A DNA stretch of 64,000 nt from Marsupella aquatica (taxonomy: Eukaryota > Plantae > Marchantiophyta), in the NCBI GenBank assembly GCA_973895155.1, contig OZ316899.1:11595775-11659774 (forward strand), written 5' to 3'. The translations under genes were made by a program, and so were the position numbers. A model generated the notes under the pieces. The model saw only the letters and a program-made list of their open reading frames with translations. It was not told the origin of the DNA and searched no databases. The stretch's first letter is position 1, and the number at the start of each line of letters is the position of its first letter. Below are positions 13,000-26,029 of this stretch, in pieces.

Positions 13000-13902
13000 C
13001 AAGCGTGCCAGACATTAGCGGCAGGATAGGTGTAGGATAGAGTTAGGAATAGGATAGTCAGGCGATAAGGACAAGCGCCAAAACTAGTTAGCGGTGCTGT
13101 CCTATCCAACCAACCTTCGTAGTTAGGATCTTAGAATAAGACACGCCATTTTACGGCCTGATAGTTAGCAGAGTTTAGAATCTGGGATAGCTTAGATTCG
13201 AGCACGTGGTTGGTCCGGACCCCGGCTCTTAGTATTTAGTGCACCCCTCGGTAGAGGCAAGGGGGGTTTTAGTTTCAGAATCGAGTATCCGTAGGGTGTG
13301 TGAGGACTCCCGGCCTTTGTGAGCAAAAGAATACCACGGAGGGAGGGTACAACTAAGCTTGTTGGGCGAGTGCGAAGCCGGGCCTCCATTGTAGTGTACA
13401 CCGCTCTGCCGTTGGGCCTGTTTACTCAAGAGATGTCAAGTCAACCGTGTATATGCGTATGACGGATTCTGAAGTAAAGTCTTTTCCCACCATTTCCTTT
13501 GTGTAAACCGAGATTGTATGTGTGTGAGTTCAGTTGCATGTATGAATCTCATATACAGGTAGAGATTGCTTGGCCAAACGCATCATCCAAGCCGTGCACG
13601 GGTGTAGGCTGCGGATAGTGGTTGCGAGCCTGGGTTGGATACCTGTATCATCGGATCCGGATCAAAGGCGGACAGTACGAAGGCTTAAAAGCCCTTAAGC
13701 CGGGGTTGATCAAGCCATACGTTCCGCCGGAACACAAACCATACCCATGACATTTCTATAAGTAGGAATAGGTGCACTTAGAGCTAGATTACGGGAATAA
13801 GGTTTAGTTTGCACATCCCTCCTTGCCCAAACCCTCAAAACTAATGAAGATTATGCCCGTCGAAGCCAAAATCCGCACAAGGACAAAGCTTTTGGCGTGA
13901 AA
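11160..13902 (+). mobile_element. 5'-truncated gene-containing LTR, family A
   Basis: Collinear with the reverse complement of the LTR at 38887-42265; ends ...GGCGTGAAA where that LTR ends ...GACGTGACA; abuts Copia integrase sequence. Confidence 0.8.
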
Positions 13903-16717
13903 GTTCTACCATCCTCACAAGGTGTAGAATTTGTTGTACTTCAGTGTCCGCATGGCTATCCCATGGATTGTTCTAGAAGTCAACTTCAATTTGCCAAGTA
14001 AGTTGTGAGTTTTTCTCTTTGTCAAGTTGTTGCTTCGTATGTAGGCTGGGAAAAATCTCTTTGTAGAAGTGACAATCTGCAAAACGTGCTTTAAAGACAT
14101 CGGATGTGGTAGGCTCCATATATCTGATAATTGAAGCTGAATCGAAGCCTATGTATATTCCTGCGTTTCTTTGGGGTCCCATCTTGGTTCTCTTAGGTCC
14201 CAGGATGAGTACCATGACTTTATAGCCAAATGTTCTTAGGTGAGAAATGTTTGGTATACTTCCTAATGCTAGGTGGTGTGGGGTAGTTGAGTTAAAAGAT
14301 GATGGTCTATAGCTTAGTAGTGCAGCAGAGTGGAGGATGGCGTGACCCCAGGCGGCTGTTGGCAGGTTTGTCTGCATTAGGAGGGGCCGTGCTATCATTT
14401 GTAATTGTTTAATCAGGGATTTGGCTATCCCATTTTGGAAATGAACGTGGGCACCGGGTACTGGACATCTATGCCCGTGGCTTGGCAAAAATCTTCAAAT
14501 GTTTTGGAGGTAAATTCTCTTGCATTATCCGCTCTGAGGGTTTTCATCTGGTTTTCAGGGAATTGTGCTCTCAGTTTTAGTATGTGCGCTAGGAGTCTGG
14601 AAAATACCAAGTTTCTTGTGGATAACAAGGATATCTGAGACCATTTTGTTGATGCATCTATAACTGCCAGGAAAAATCAAAATGGGCCGCTAGGAGGGGC
14701 ATTCGGTCCACATACGTCAGCGTGTATGCATTCCAAGAAGCAGGGGATTTGACGTTCAGTTGTTGGTGGTGAGGGCCGAATTATTAGCTTGCCCTGTGAG
14801 CAAGCTAAGCAAGGGACGTGCATGGACGTGGGGTGGACCGTTGCCAATATTCCTTGGGTTTCTCTGATGAGTTTCTGGAACATTGTTGTTCCAGGGTGGC
14901 CAAGTCTCTTGTGCCAGATTTTGGTGGTTGATCCTTGGAGTGCTTCAGTGTGGAAGCTATGAATTTCAGTAGTGTGGCAACCGTGGGGTGATGCACTCAG
15001 GATCTCTCTGGTCTTGGTGGTTGGTGGTTCCCCCGAGGTAATGTACAAGACTTCCCGCCCATGTTGGGTGCCCGTCTTAATGTGTAGCTTGTTAGCACGG
15101 ATGTCCCAAAAACTTAGTAGATTTCTGGTTGCCTTTGGAGCGTATATTGCAGACTTCACCTGAATTTTTGTTCCCGGGGTAAGGTGACTAATGCTGGTCC
15201 AAATCCCTCTTCCAACTTATGCTAGCCCATAATTGTCATAAGTTTCCTCTATGATAGTGTAATGTGCTTGAAGTATTCTTTATGTTTAAAAATAGAATGC
15301 AATGTACCATTGTCAACTATGCAATGGGAAGAATTGTCTTTTGTGCTAGAGTCAGATGTGGGATTTTGTAGGACCATGTATATAGATGGTATGATTTCTG
15401 TGGATTCAAGAAAGGTCCCATACGTCTCAGGTTCATTTTGTGTAGTGCTCTTCTTATATAACTGCACTAAGTGTGCGGGGGCACGACAATTTTTTTGAAT
15501 GTGCCCTTTAGTACCGCAACGGAAATAGATGGGGGGGTTTTTGTATTTATCTCTTTGGTCGGTTTGTTGTTGATTTGTCCTTGCTCGTTGCCAATTGTTT
15601 CTTGAGTTACCGCCATTGTTTTGGTATCTTCCCTTGGATCTGCCTTTGAAAGAATTGCTTCTGCCTCCCCGTCCTCTGAAAAAGTTACCACGACCTCTGT
15701 AGGTATTTCTCCCCCTGGAGCTTCCTCGGCCACGGTAAGATGATCCATCTCCTCTTTGGGTTGTGACATAGTGGGATTCTGAGTTTGTGATTGTGGGAAG
15801 GGTTCCGGTGGGTCTCTTTTGTGAGTTCTGTAATAGCAATAATTGGTGCTTCTCAGCTAGGAGCATATGAGCGATCAGTTTGGAGTATTTTGTGAATCGC
15901 ATATTGCAATATTGGGTAGAGAGGATGAGATTGGTAGAGTGAAGGGTGGATAGCATTTTCTTGATTTGTTCTTTGTCATTGACGAGGTGGCCACATATGG
16001 CTAGTTGTGATACTATCCAGAATAATTTGCAATTGTAGTCCGCAATTGTCTTATGGTCCTGGACTCTGAGATTGATCCAATCGTGTTTGGCTGCTGGTAG
16101 GAATATGGTGCGAGTGTGGTCAAAGCGTGCTAAGTTCTTCCCAAAGGACCCTCGGATCATATTTGTTCATATACTGTCGCTTCAAGGAGTCACTCAAACG
16201 ATGTCTGATTAGTATCAATGCCTGCGCCTTTTGCTAAAGGGTTAGGACATTGTCAGTTATTACTGTATCCTGTAGATTCTTTGAAGTTGAGTGGGCTTCA
16301 ACATCAAGCGACCAGGACAAGTAGTTCGCGCCATCGATGCTGAGGGGTTGGAATAAGAGTTTTCTCCATGGAATTCGTAGATGTTGACATTTTTATGAAT
16401 TCTAGTGGTATAATTTCTTGTTGATAAGCACAAGGTTGCTATTGAATTTAGATGTCCTATCTCAATTCTGTTTGATTGGTGAAATTGAGGAATAGGATAT
16501 GGAATTGCAAAATGTCAATGGGGGATTGGAGTTTCTTATCTCAATGCTCAGTCTTGTTTATTTCCTCCGGTTCGATTTGTTTGTAATCGTCATCTCAATC
16601 TATAACATCCTATCCCACTTGGTGGCTCTACCTTCACTTGCCATTAATCCTTTTCTAAAAGGTGCCAAATCATTCTCAAAAGAGATGAATCCCTAAAAAA
16701 AATTGATTGATTCAGCA

Positions 16718-16733
16718 TCGTGCTGATAACGTG
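16718..16733 (-). promoter_or_regulatory. Primer-binding site CACGTTATCAGCACGA (half-tRNA-Ile type)
   Basis: Overlaps the LTR edge; lacks the usual TGG; complementary to the anticodon arm of tRNA-Ile(AAU) with C opposite position 34. Confidence 0.7.
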
Positions 16734-16880
16734 TTGTAAGGTATAGAACAATCAATCCTTCATTCATCCTCCCACCATTACATGTAGCTCCTTAGGTAGC
16801 TAGGTAGTTAGGCGATTGGGCTCAGCCTGACTGTAGTAGGTTTAACCCCAGTTAAGTGGGAGTTGACCCAGGTTACAACA
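16732..16880 (-). repeat. 5' LTR of the Bianca element (149 bp)
   Basis: Perfect terminal inverted repeats TGTTGTAA (16732) ... TTACAACA (16880), adjacent to the PBS. Confidence 0.8.
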
Positions 16881-17321
16881 ATACACACATTCTATAAAAT
16901 AAGTTTTACAACCAACTCAATTCAGACAATATACATAAGAACTGCAATGTATTTTTTACTAAGTACTTTACATTTGTGAACCAGCTATGAACTTATATAG
17001 TCTCTGGTGCTTCAACTTGGGTGTATCTAACTTGACTAAGAAAAAGCCCCAAGAGCCACACTACAAAGGCTTCTATCCTTGCAACATAAACCCGGAATCC
17101 TACCTTCAATCTACCAACCTGAATGGGTAAATGACACCTCTCTAGTAGAGGACACCTACCCATGCCAACCATTCAACTGCATTCCCTAGAGTCATTGCAT
17201 GTTGCAATACTCATCAATCACTTTCCCTACTCCTGGTGGGAGCATAACACCCACCTGGACTCCTGGCATGGATGACCTCCTCGTCATGAAGAAAGTCAAT
17301 ATCCACTTGTTGTTGTTGTTG

Positions 17322-19818
17322 TCATAATTGGGACACACCTCCTGGAAAAACTGATTCTAACCCTGTCTCTTGAGCTTCTCCACCAAGGTTGTTGTCTCCA
17401 AGAATTGGATTACTCATATCGGCCTGATGATCGATGTTGGGCCTATTCTCTAAATTGGGTAGGTCCCCAATTGTATTTATATTCCCGATATTGGGTATAT
17501 CCCTGATATTGGTACTTGCTCCTATAGGTCCTTCACTGACCACCCTCTCTTCGGTCCCTCCAGTATTGACGTGGTTCCATCCCTTCGGCTCCTTTGGTAC
17601 ATCCCCTACCTTGGTAGTTTGTAACTCAAACACAAAGTTGGGGACCTTATTATGAGGCGACGATGGGGATAGATGCATAGTGGCTTTTCCCTTATTTCCT
17701 CTAGTCTGGTGTAGCTGTAGGGCAAGATCTCGCAATGTTATTGCTTGCTCATCCAACTGCTCTTGGAGTAGATCAGCCCGAGCCTTTTCAGACTTGGCCT
17801 CATCGGCCACTAAATCCCTCTGACCAATCACCACTTCATAATCTTTGAGTGCTTGATCCCACTTGGTCTTGTACTCCTCTAGCTCAACCTTTAGTGTGGC
17901 TTTCTCCACTTCCCACTGGTCCTGCTCCTTTGTCCAATTGGCCCGTTCAACGTCCAAGTTGGACCGGTTACCCTGGCTTCTTCCTTAAGGGCAGAAATGC
18001 GCTCTTCATTCTTTTTCAAGGCATTCATCAAAGGTTTGATGACTGCCTCCTTTTCCTTGGTCAAACTTGCTTTTGCTGCTGCAATCTGTTGTGCTTGTGC
18101 ATCCTTCAGCTCATTGATTGTCTTTATACATTTGCAATGTCTTAGACTTTTCCATGGCTAAGAGCTCCTTTTGCTTGTGGACCGCCCTCTTGTGGTCTTT
18201 CTACTTATCAATCAACTGCTTCTGTAACTCCCCGATTTCCTTATGAGCTGCTCTCAATTTATCCGCATTGGATCAAGTATTTGTTGACCAAAGCTTTACA
18301 TCATCACAAAGGGAATCAATGGTTGATTGTAAATTAGCTAGGGTTGCCCTTTCAGTTCGTAGCTTCTCTTGCAAGTCCTCCATCTTCCCTTTATCGGACT
18401 GGCCATTGGCAATCTCCCAAAGTCTCCTAATAACCTCTAGCTTCTTAGCCCACTCTGTCTCCAATAGTATTAGAAGCAGACGATGTTACTCTTGTCATTT
18501 AAGTTTTTGAGGTACATAATCTAACTCCTCCAAAAGGGTTTCTAGGAGAGTCCTCACAAAAACATTTATGTTTATTGCCACTCTCATTGCATAAGCGGAT
18601 GCGGTGCCCCTATAGTCTATGGGTTTGAATGGTTTCCTAGCTAGCGCCTCTTGTTGGAATTGGTCTAGGTTGGGGGCGTATCCCCTTCCTATACACTTGT
18701 TCTTTAAGATTTCTGATGACTAAGGCCCTCCACGTAAGTTTTGTTCTGCCTTTGCGTCTGGTCCCACATTGGCCACCTCAGCTTGACTCGTCCTTACCAC
18801 TTGATCACAATCCCCATAATCTCCAAAGTGTCTGTCTTGCAGTCCTTCTAGTTGTGCACCGGATGGTGATAAGGGCGAGTCTTGATTATCTTGATCCGTC
18901 ACCCTCGGCAAGTGAGTACCTAACACCCTAGCAGAGGGAATGGTATGCTCAGCATGAGGCCTGATATGTTGAGCGTGATATCCATCGTATTGATCAATCC
19001 CCATTTCATCCAACTCCCCTTGAGCAAACTGTGAGTTGAGTCCTTGAGTTGGTTGCTGCCCCGGGTCTAACAAATTCATGAATTGGTTCACACCATCTGG
19101 CACAGTTTGTTGTGTTAGGCCTAGAAGATTTGCACTCTTGATAGACTTTCTAGTGTTGGTACTTATTCTTACTGGGGATCGGGGAGATAACATTGTACCC
19201 GATCTGGTCCCCATGGGATCAAGTTGTACCTGATTTTGAAACTTGAAGCCATCTCCAAGGGGGTTACTTGTTGATGTATTGTTTGCTATAGTTGCAGTCC
19301 CTTGGGTCAATATGCCCTGTGTTATAATCGGTTGTGCCACCACTCCAGCCTTAGCACCAACTGATATTGGGGCTATAAACCCTATCATTTTGGTCCCCGA
19401 TAAATCAGACTCCTCATCATCAATTACCTGCTTAGTGATCTTGGGACAATTCCTCAGCTGTCTTCTTCTTGTAGGGGGGTGGTGATGGGCTATCCTTGGT
19501 GCTCTTTGTATTTTCCAAAGATCTATCGGGCTGAGGGACTCCTCTCTGATTGGGCAAGTCTAGCATCCCCCTAGTCAAAATGGGTGCTTTATTCCATTTG
19601 TTGGGTACCCTCAATTCTTCCTTCTCAGGTATAGGCTCATCCTCTATGACCCTCAATGTATCCCTTGGGCTACAAACATCTTATCGCAAGCAAATCGGCA
19701 AAGGATACTAAGGTGGAAAGTCAGTAGTGTCTTGACTCCCGATGAGATGTTCTTATGAACCATGTTGAGTTTCTCCTTTAACTTCTTGAATAAGAATCCC
19801 GAGTACTCCCTCAATTCA
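17322..19818 (-). pseudogene. Older, diverged member of the LTR-ORF protein family (family D), part downstream of the solo-LTR insertion
   Basis: EYSGFLFKKLKEKLNMVHKNISSGVKTLLTFHLSILCRFA aligns with family B DYNGYLLNQLKKILKEEQQVIGMGSVSRLGYHMPLLCRYA; coiled coil at 17.7-18.5 kb. Confidence 0.65.
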
Positions 19819-22800
19819 TGTGATGCCTAGACAGGAATCACTCGGCCAGTTAAGTGGGTAAAGCAGGAATGCACCCTGGAAACATCTTAGTATAGGGACA
19901 AAACAAGGAAAATATAAACAATTAGGGGCGACTATGGAACTCGGGCCAAGGCCGGAGGTAAGGATGCTGGGGGTGAAAACTCGATTAGGGTTAGGGCGCG
20001 TTAAGCGTTGGCGGCTAGGAAGGATCAACGGGAGGAAGGACCGGAAGAGGAGAGGGGTAAGGAGCGCTTGCAGGAAATGGTGGCTCATTTGCGAGCACAA
20101 ACTAGGCAGATGACTACGGGAGGCCAACTACTGTCAGCTGCTTAGGCAAGCACTCGGGGAGAGAATAGATACCGACGATCGACCTAAGGAGGGTATGAGC
20201 AACGTCAATCAAGCGGCACATTTCTGGGGATGCCTGTTCGAACGGGCAACTGAGTACATCAAGACTTACAAGGACGAGGAATCAGAAAGGGCAGCTCGAG
20301 AACGGCAGGAGCTCGCTCGATTGTGGGAGCTGCAGAAGACGGCTTTCTTAGGAGGCAAACTCATCAAGGACGAGTTCTTGTGGACTCCTACTTCCAATCA
20401 GCTCGACGATCTTCTGTTTTGCAAAGACAGCATCATCGGCATTCGAGACGCCATCAAGAACTGCAACGACATACACTGGGAATTAAAGGGTAGCACGGAA
20501 AGGTGGACCCAGGCAACGGTGCTAGGAGAAACCTCCACGGCAGCAGAGATGAAGAGGAAGGGAGCCGTCAACGATGAAGCCACCCCGGCAAAAAGAACGA
20601 GGTCGGCGGCACCAAAGAAGCCAGCCGAGCAGCAGAGCAGGAGGTAGGGAGAAGCCGAAGAGGAGGAGGTCGATCCCATCAATGCCATTCCAACCAAGGA
20701 TGACAACTGGAAAGGCTGGGCGGCAACCCTACCGGTGGAGGTGCAACTACATTTTGCACGAGAGGAGGATGCATGCTTTACGGCCATGCAGACCAAGAAG
20801 TACCAAGGCTTCATGGCCGGATCCGGCTTAGAGGCCTTTGTAAGATTACCATGGCTGAAGCCGGAGGTGCCGGATTCAGACCTATTAGAATTCGTGGGGT
20901 CATGGGAACCCGAGACCAATTGCACGAGGATATATGGGAAGGATTTCTATCTTACTCCCAAGGTGATTGCCGAAGTGTTTGGCTTGCCGATAGGCAATAA
21001 GACCAAAGTTGATACCAGGAAGACCTTGCCTGACAAGGAGTTCCGGTCGTTCCCCGGGCCATCAACGAAGAATGGCTTCTTCCGGACCACCTGCACCAAC
21101 CCGCACATAGGAGAGATGATCGACTTCTTGAGGGTGACCATGCACTGTAACTTGCCGAGGGCAGAGATCGGCAAGGCACAGGTCTATCTGGTAGAGAGGC
21201 CAGACCCAAGCCGGGACTACAACGGGTACCTCCTCAACCAATTGAAGAAGATCTTAAAGGAGGAGCAGCAGGTAATCGGCATGGGGAGCGTGTCGCGGCT
21301 TGGCTATCACATGCCGCTGTTGTGCCGGTATGCCAGAGGTCAGACCTTTGCCCCAGTACTTCCCCTGCAGGTAAGGGCACCCGAGGAAGCTCCAGCACCG
21401 AGGCCGGTAGCAGAGAAGCCTCAACCACCTGTTAGCCCTACAATCGAGCAGGTGTTTAGGCCAAGGAAGGAAGACTTGCCGATGCAGCAACCAGGCATGC
21501 AGAATCTGCTGAAACTACTAGAGAAAGAAAGATCGGCATCGGCAACGACAACGGCAACGGCAACAATGCAGGACACTACTCCAGAGGTAGGCCTACACCG
21601 GCTTACAAGGGAAAACCCCTTTACTGGAGACAAGGAGAGAATCGGGCCAGAATCCAAGCCGGGTGTTCGAATGTACGTGGGAGTCTCAAGCTCTGAATCT
21701 GAGGCAGAATTGCCTGAAGCTCCTACGGACGAAGAGGAGAAGGAGAAGCCGGAAGTCCAAGAAGTAGAGGAGGCAGTGGAGGACGGCAGCCATGATAACT
21801 CCGGCTATGGGTCGGACCATCACGTTCCAGGAGTAAGGACCTGTGGCCGGTTTATCCCCACACTTCCAAGGGTAGTACGAGGGGACCCCAACCAGCAAAG
21901 TAGCCCTGAGTCTCCCCCACCAGATGTTGCTCCCCCGAGCTTTGATGGCATAAAACAGACGGCGCAGGAATTTCAGGAGCGAATCAGGCAGGAAGAGGAG
22001 GCAGCCCTGGCTAGAGAAAAGGATTTGCCAGGAGGAGATTGGCCGGAGGACATCAAGCGGCTAGCCGAAAAAGGAAGCAAACCTCTAGCCACGATTGAGG
22101 AGATCCACAAGACGGCTTGGGAGCAGAGGCCGCGGTGGATGATGCCAATGACTTCTACTTCCTCCACCTATGGTAAAGACAGAGCCATGGAGTACAGGGA
22201 GATGTGTGGAGAACTGGCGCTCAACATCTTTGGGGAGGAGTTGGAGCAGGGACCCTTTTTCCAGAGGGAGATGTTGGAGAAGCGCCAATTAGAAGAAGCG
22301 GTGGCCTTGGAAAGAAGCAAGAAGGACGAGGTCATCCGTCGGCTTAGGGAAAGGGAAGCCGAAATCAAGGACCTGAGGGTGGCCAAGAAAGCCCAAGATG
22401 AGCTGCGGATTAAGCGGCATGAGCTAAATATCATGCAGGGCCAGTTGGATACCGCACAATCTGATAATCAAATGATCGAGAATCTACTGACGCGGACCCA
22501 AGGAGAGTTGGCCGATACGATCAAAGAGAGGGAGAAGTGGAAGCGAGAGGGAGAAGTGGAATGCAGAGGAGGCCCACATAACAGCCAACAGCCGGGCCAT
22601 GGCGGAGACCCAAAGAAAGGAATGGGCGTTGAAGGGGGAGCTCGAGAAAATTCGCGGAGCCCTTGAGCAGAAGGAGGCCGAGTTGGGGAAATCCTATCAA
22701 GGGATTATGGCGCTGCAACAGGAGCTTGCGTCCCTGACGGCCAGCTTCAAGGCCGACCTAAGGGAGAAGGACGAGATGCTCGATCAGACTTACGCCAAGA

Positions 22801-24515
22801 TGAACCAGATGGAGTCTGTCATCATTGCAGAGCTCGACAAGGAGCTAAGAGCAACCCGGGAGGAGAGGGCTACCTTGAAGAAAGAACTGGAGGAAGCCCA
22901 CAGGGAATGGGAGGAAGCCCAAAAGGAACTAGAAGAGGCGCGCAAGGACCTGGATGAGACCCAGGAGGAGTTGGAGGAAATCACGAGGAAGATGGAGAAC
23001 CTCCAGCGGCGGGCCGACAACCAAACAGAGCGGCTGAAGAAACAAGCCGCAGTATTTAAGTGCTTGTCTTCATCAGGCCCAACTCCAATTGGGGCAACCA
23101 AGTTACCAGGAGTGGTACTGGCCGAAGAACAAGCCGCGCCACCTGCACCAGTGCCGGAAGTAAGTGGGAAGGGGAAGGGACCAGCTGCCGAACTAGAAAA
23201 GAAGAAGAAGCGGAAACCTTCAGGGTCAAGGAGTAATCCGACTCCACAGGCCGTGGTGACCAAGGAGGTAGACCCAGCACCAACCTCCGGCATGAACACG
23301 GCAATAGATCCCGCTATCATCAAAGGTGGGGATGGTGCGACCCAAGCCGAACTGCTCAGTAATGAGGCCGGTATCCCAGATCCGTCTCTTGAGCAGGCCG
23401 GGGAGACCATAGCCGAGGCTGAGGCCGTAGCCGAGAATGATTCCCGAGCCGATGCCGATGGTGGACCCAGTCAGGCCGATGGAGAGTTGACTCAGTCAAG
23501 GGCAGGTAATCTGTCAGAAAATGAACCTACGGCAGTGGCTGAGGAGGAAGCATTGGGGGCGTCCATTGAGGATCCACCACCGGTGTCGTGACGGTGCAAG
23601 GGCGCCGTTCCTTTTAGGAAGGGTGGACGTGGAGGTAGGAGGCGTGAGTGGGCAGGGCGGGCGCTGATCTCCAAGTTTAGGATTAGGATTAGGATCAGGA
23701 CCAGGAGGCGGCCCTGACACTTAGCTTAGTGGGATTGCGGTTCCACTGGTAGGAGCAACACTTGTGCTCCTGCCTTGCTGTACATAGGTAGATCCGGGCA
23801 AGTAGATTACTGTTAGGTAGATTAGGCTTACGCTGCAAAGAATTAGGCGGATCCACTACCAGGATAAGTACCTGGGCAGCGGGGAGCTCAGGGCCTCTTC
23901 TTTAGCAAGTTTTTAGTTTGCACCAGCCGGGCTGGGATCAAGTAGTAAGAGAAGCTCTCGGTTAGTCATACAGTGACCCTTGTGTATATTCATGTTTCCT
24001 CATGCCTAAGAGCTGAATAGAGTTGGCCTCACGGCTTAGTTCGCAGAGCTTGTGTATGAGATGTACTGTTTGTATGGCAAGTGCATGGTATGACTCAGTC
24101 AGAAGGAGTCATTTTGCTATTTGTGTGTCGCATTAACTTGTGTGAAGAGTGCCCACATCAACTAACAGAAGGAAGGAAAGTAAGCAGGGGAGTGAGAGTT
24201 GGATGTGTCGAGCTGAGAGAGGTCTTAGCGGCTTAACCAAGCCTATTGGGGATCATTCCGGCGGCGGAATCCAAACATACCTAACAAGACGGAGGGGAAG
24301 ACAAGGGAAGGCCTAGATTAGGCCGGCTACGTATCTCATGACCCGATGAAGGATCTGTCCAGTATATGTGTGTAAAATGTTAATAGTAGTAGTAGAAGGT
24401 TAGCAGCGTCCCATGCCGCTAAGCCGCGGAAACGGCCTCGCCAAGCGCGAAACCTACGGGAATCGGCTTGAGCTGGGGGGTTTCTTGGGTTTAGGGAGCC
24501 ATGGGACGCACCACA
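19819..24515 (+). mobile_element. Solo LTR of 4697 bp (family B) containing a whole gene
   Basis: Starts TGTGATGC and ends GCACCACA (imperfect inverted termini, TG..CA); flanks ATTCA/ATTCT (4/5 TSD). The same 5' end recurs at 56618 and the same 3' end at 36741; the flanks rejoin into one ORF remnant. Confidence 0.85.
20195..23591 (+). pseudogene. LTR-embedded ORF, family B (~1130 codons; one stop, one frameshift)
   Basis: 20195-20647 is in frame with 20735-22666 across one TAG, then shifts into 22599-23591. Core GSGLEAFVRLPW..LLEFV..TRIYG..EVFGLP..KNGFF; long coiled coil; KKKKRK; acidic tail. Confidence 0.85.
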
Positions 24516-24673
24516 ATTCTCATAGTAGCTGAGCCAACAACCATCATTTGGCATTTCTTCAACTCAGGCCAACTCTTTGATAGCCATAAGGTAACCCTTG
24601 AGAACTCCACAATTAGCACACTATTTGGGTTGGTGCATTGAGTCTTAAGGAACCCATTGTCCTTTGGCTTTCC
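24516..24673 (-). pseudogene. Upstream piece of the family D ORF, separated by the solo LTR
   Basis: Minus strand reads GKPKDNGFLKTQCTNPNSVLIVEFSRVTLWLSKSWPELKKCQ, matching family B PSTKNGFFRTTCTNPHIGEMIDFLRVTMHCNLPRAEIGKAQ. Confidence 0.7.
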
Positions 24674-25059
24674 GTTGAATTTTGTGAAGATGTGTGGTTC
24701 CTAAGAAAAATCATAGGTATTTTTGACATATTTTAACTAATTTTTTAAAAAGCGTAGGAGGTAAAAGAAGGTATTATAAACTCATGTTTATAGAATAGTC
24801 TTTAATATACATCCTTTATAAAGTAAAATAGGTTATTAATATTGAAAATAGAGAATATTCTTGGAATATTTAGGCTAGGATCGCACGTGGTACCCCAAAA
24901 TATACACTTAGTTAACCCCCTGAGAACCCGTCCTGAACAAGCCCATTAATTCCCACTGGTTTTGCTCTTGCCAAGGCCTCAACCAAGAGACCAAGAAGAA
25001 GGCCCTCAAGGTACCCTGGTTGTACATTTTGCCGAAGAACTAGTTGATGATCGAGAAGC

Positions 25060-26025
25060 GGAGGGATGAGAGCCCTTTGTGTTGGTGCAGTCTGAGCTTT
25101 GGAGGAGCCCAAGCCCAAAGCCTGTTACAGTGCCACAAGCCATACCACCACTACCAGCATTATCATCCGTGGTTTCCCAACTTGGAGCACGGCCACCAAT
25201 ATTGATACGGAGACCCGTTGCATCGATGGTAGCTACTCAACGTACCCGTGTTCCATACGTGCCGTTTAAAGGAAGACCAAAAGATGATCCAGACGAATGG
25301 ATTGAGGAGTTTGAAGGGATTGCCGAAGCCAGTGGGGAGTCGGCACACAAGCTCACTATCATTCCTGGAATGATGAGAGGAGAGGCAGGCCCATGGTTCA
25401 TTACATTGTTACCCAACGTCAAAGCCGATTGGGCTCTATTCAGACAAGCCTTCTTGAAGGAGTTCAGATCGATTAGAGTAGAGGCCACGTCACTATTGAA
25501 GGTGGACCAACTCAGAATGAAGAAGGAGTCATTACGGAGGTTTTTACAAAGGTTCAAGAAGTTGGTACGATGGATACAAGCCCGTACCAATGACGCTATG
25601 CATAAAGCGTGGTTTGTAGCTGCCCTACCAAGCAAGATGGGGTTCTTTGTACGACAAGCCAAGCCAACCACATTGACCAAAGCTATTGCAGCAGCGGAGT
25701 CATACACTGCAGCCGATGCCACGAGCAAACATTGCCAAAGAAAGAAGCTAAAGCCGGTTGACAGTTCCTCTAGTGATGAATCAAGTGGATCTGAGTCGGA
25801 TAGTAGTGATGAATCTGAGGGTTTTGAGAGCACTACGGAATCAGACACTCCGGAGTCAGAAGCTGAAAAACGAAAGAAGAAAAAGAAGAAGTTGTCCAAG
25901 AAGATCAAGAAGTCCTCTCATCGTGAAGTTGTACTACCCACAATGGCCATTACTCCATTATCTACAGCAAGACGTCTGAAGGAGCAAGAGGCCAGATACA
26001 AGGAGTTGACGGAGCAAATGAAACG
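25060..26025 (+). pseudogene. Ty3/Gypsy gag fragment
   Basis: PFKGRPKDDPDEWIEEFE..MMRGEAGPWF..WALFRQAFLKEF..ESLRRFLQRF, then Ser/acidic and Lys tracts; closely similar to 56619-57365. Confidence 0.8.
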
Positions 26026-26029
26026 TTAT

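Larger units (their letters stand above)
13903..16880 (-). mobile_element. Ty1/Copia retrotransposon, Bianca lineage, 3'-truncated (5' LTR, PBS, gag, protease, integrase; RT/RH absent)
   Basis: Gag FDHTRTIFLPAAKHDWINLRVQD..LLAEKHQLLLLQNSQKRPTG; knuckle FRCGTKGHIQKNC; protease CIVDNG; WHKRLGHPG; CLACSQGKL; LRADNAREFTS; HVHFQNGIA; RTKMGPQR. Confidence 0.9.

Noticed and set aside
20195-23591. env-like gene
   Set aside because: No signal peptide or transmembrane segment visible; the protein is charged and coiled-coil with basic clusters.
23677-23706. Interstitial telomere (TTAGGA)n
   Set aside because: Only about three units grading into TCAGGA/CCAGGA; the sister copy near 35930 does not keep them.
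22790-25908. Long antisense ORFs (22790-23410, 25237-25908; likewise 40057-40632)
   Set aside because: Ser/Phe-rich shadows of the coding strand with no motifs.
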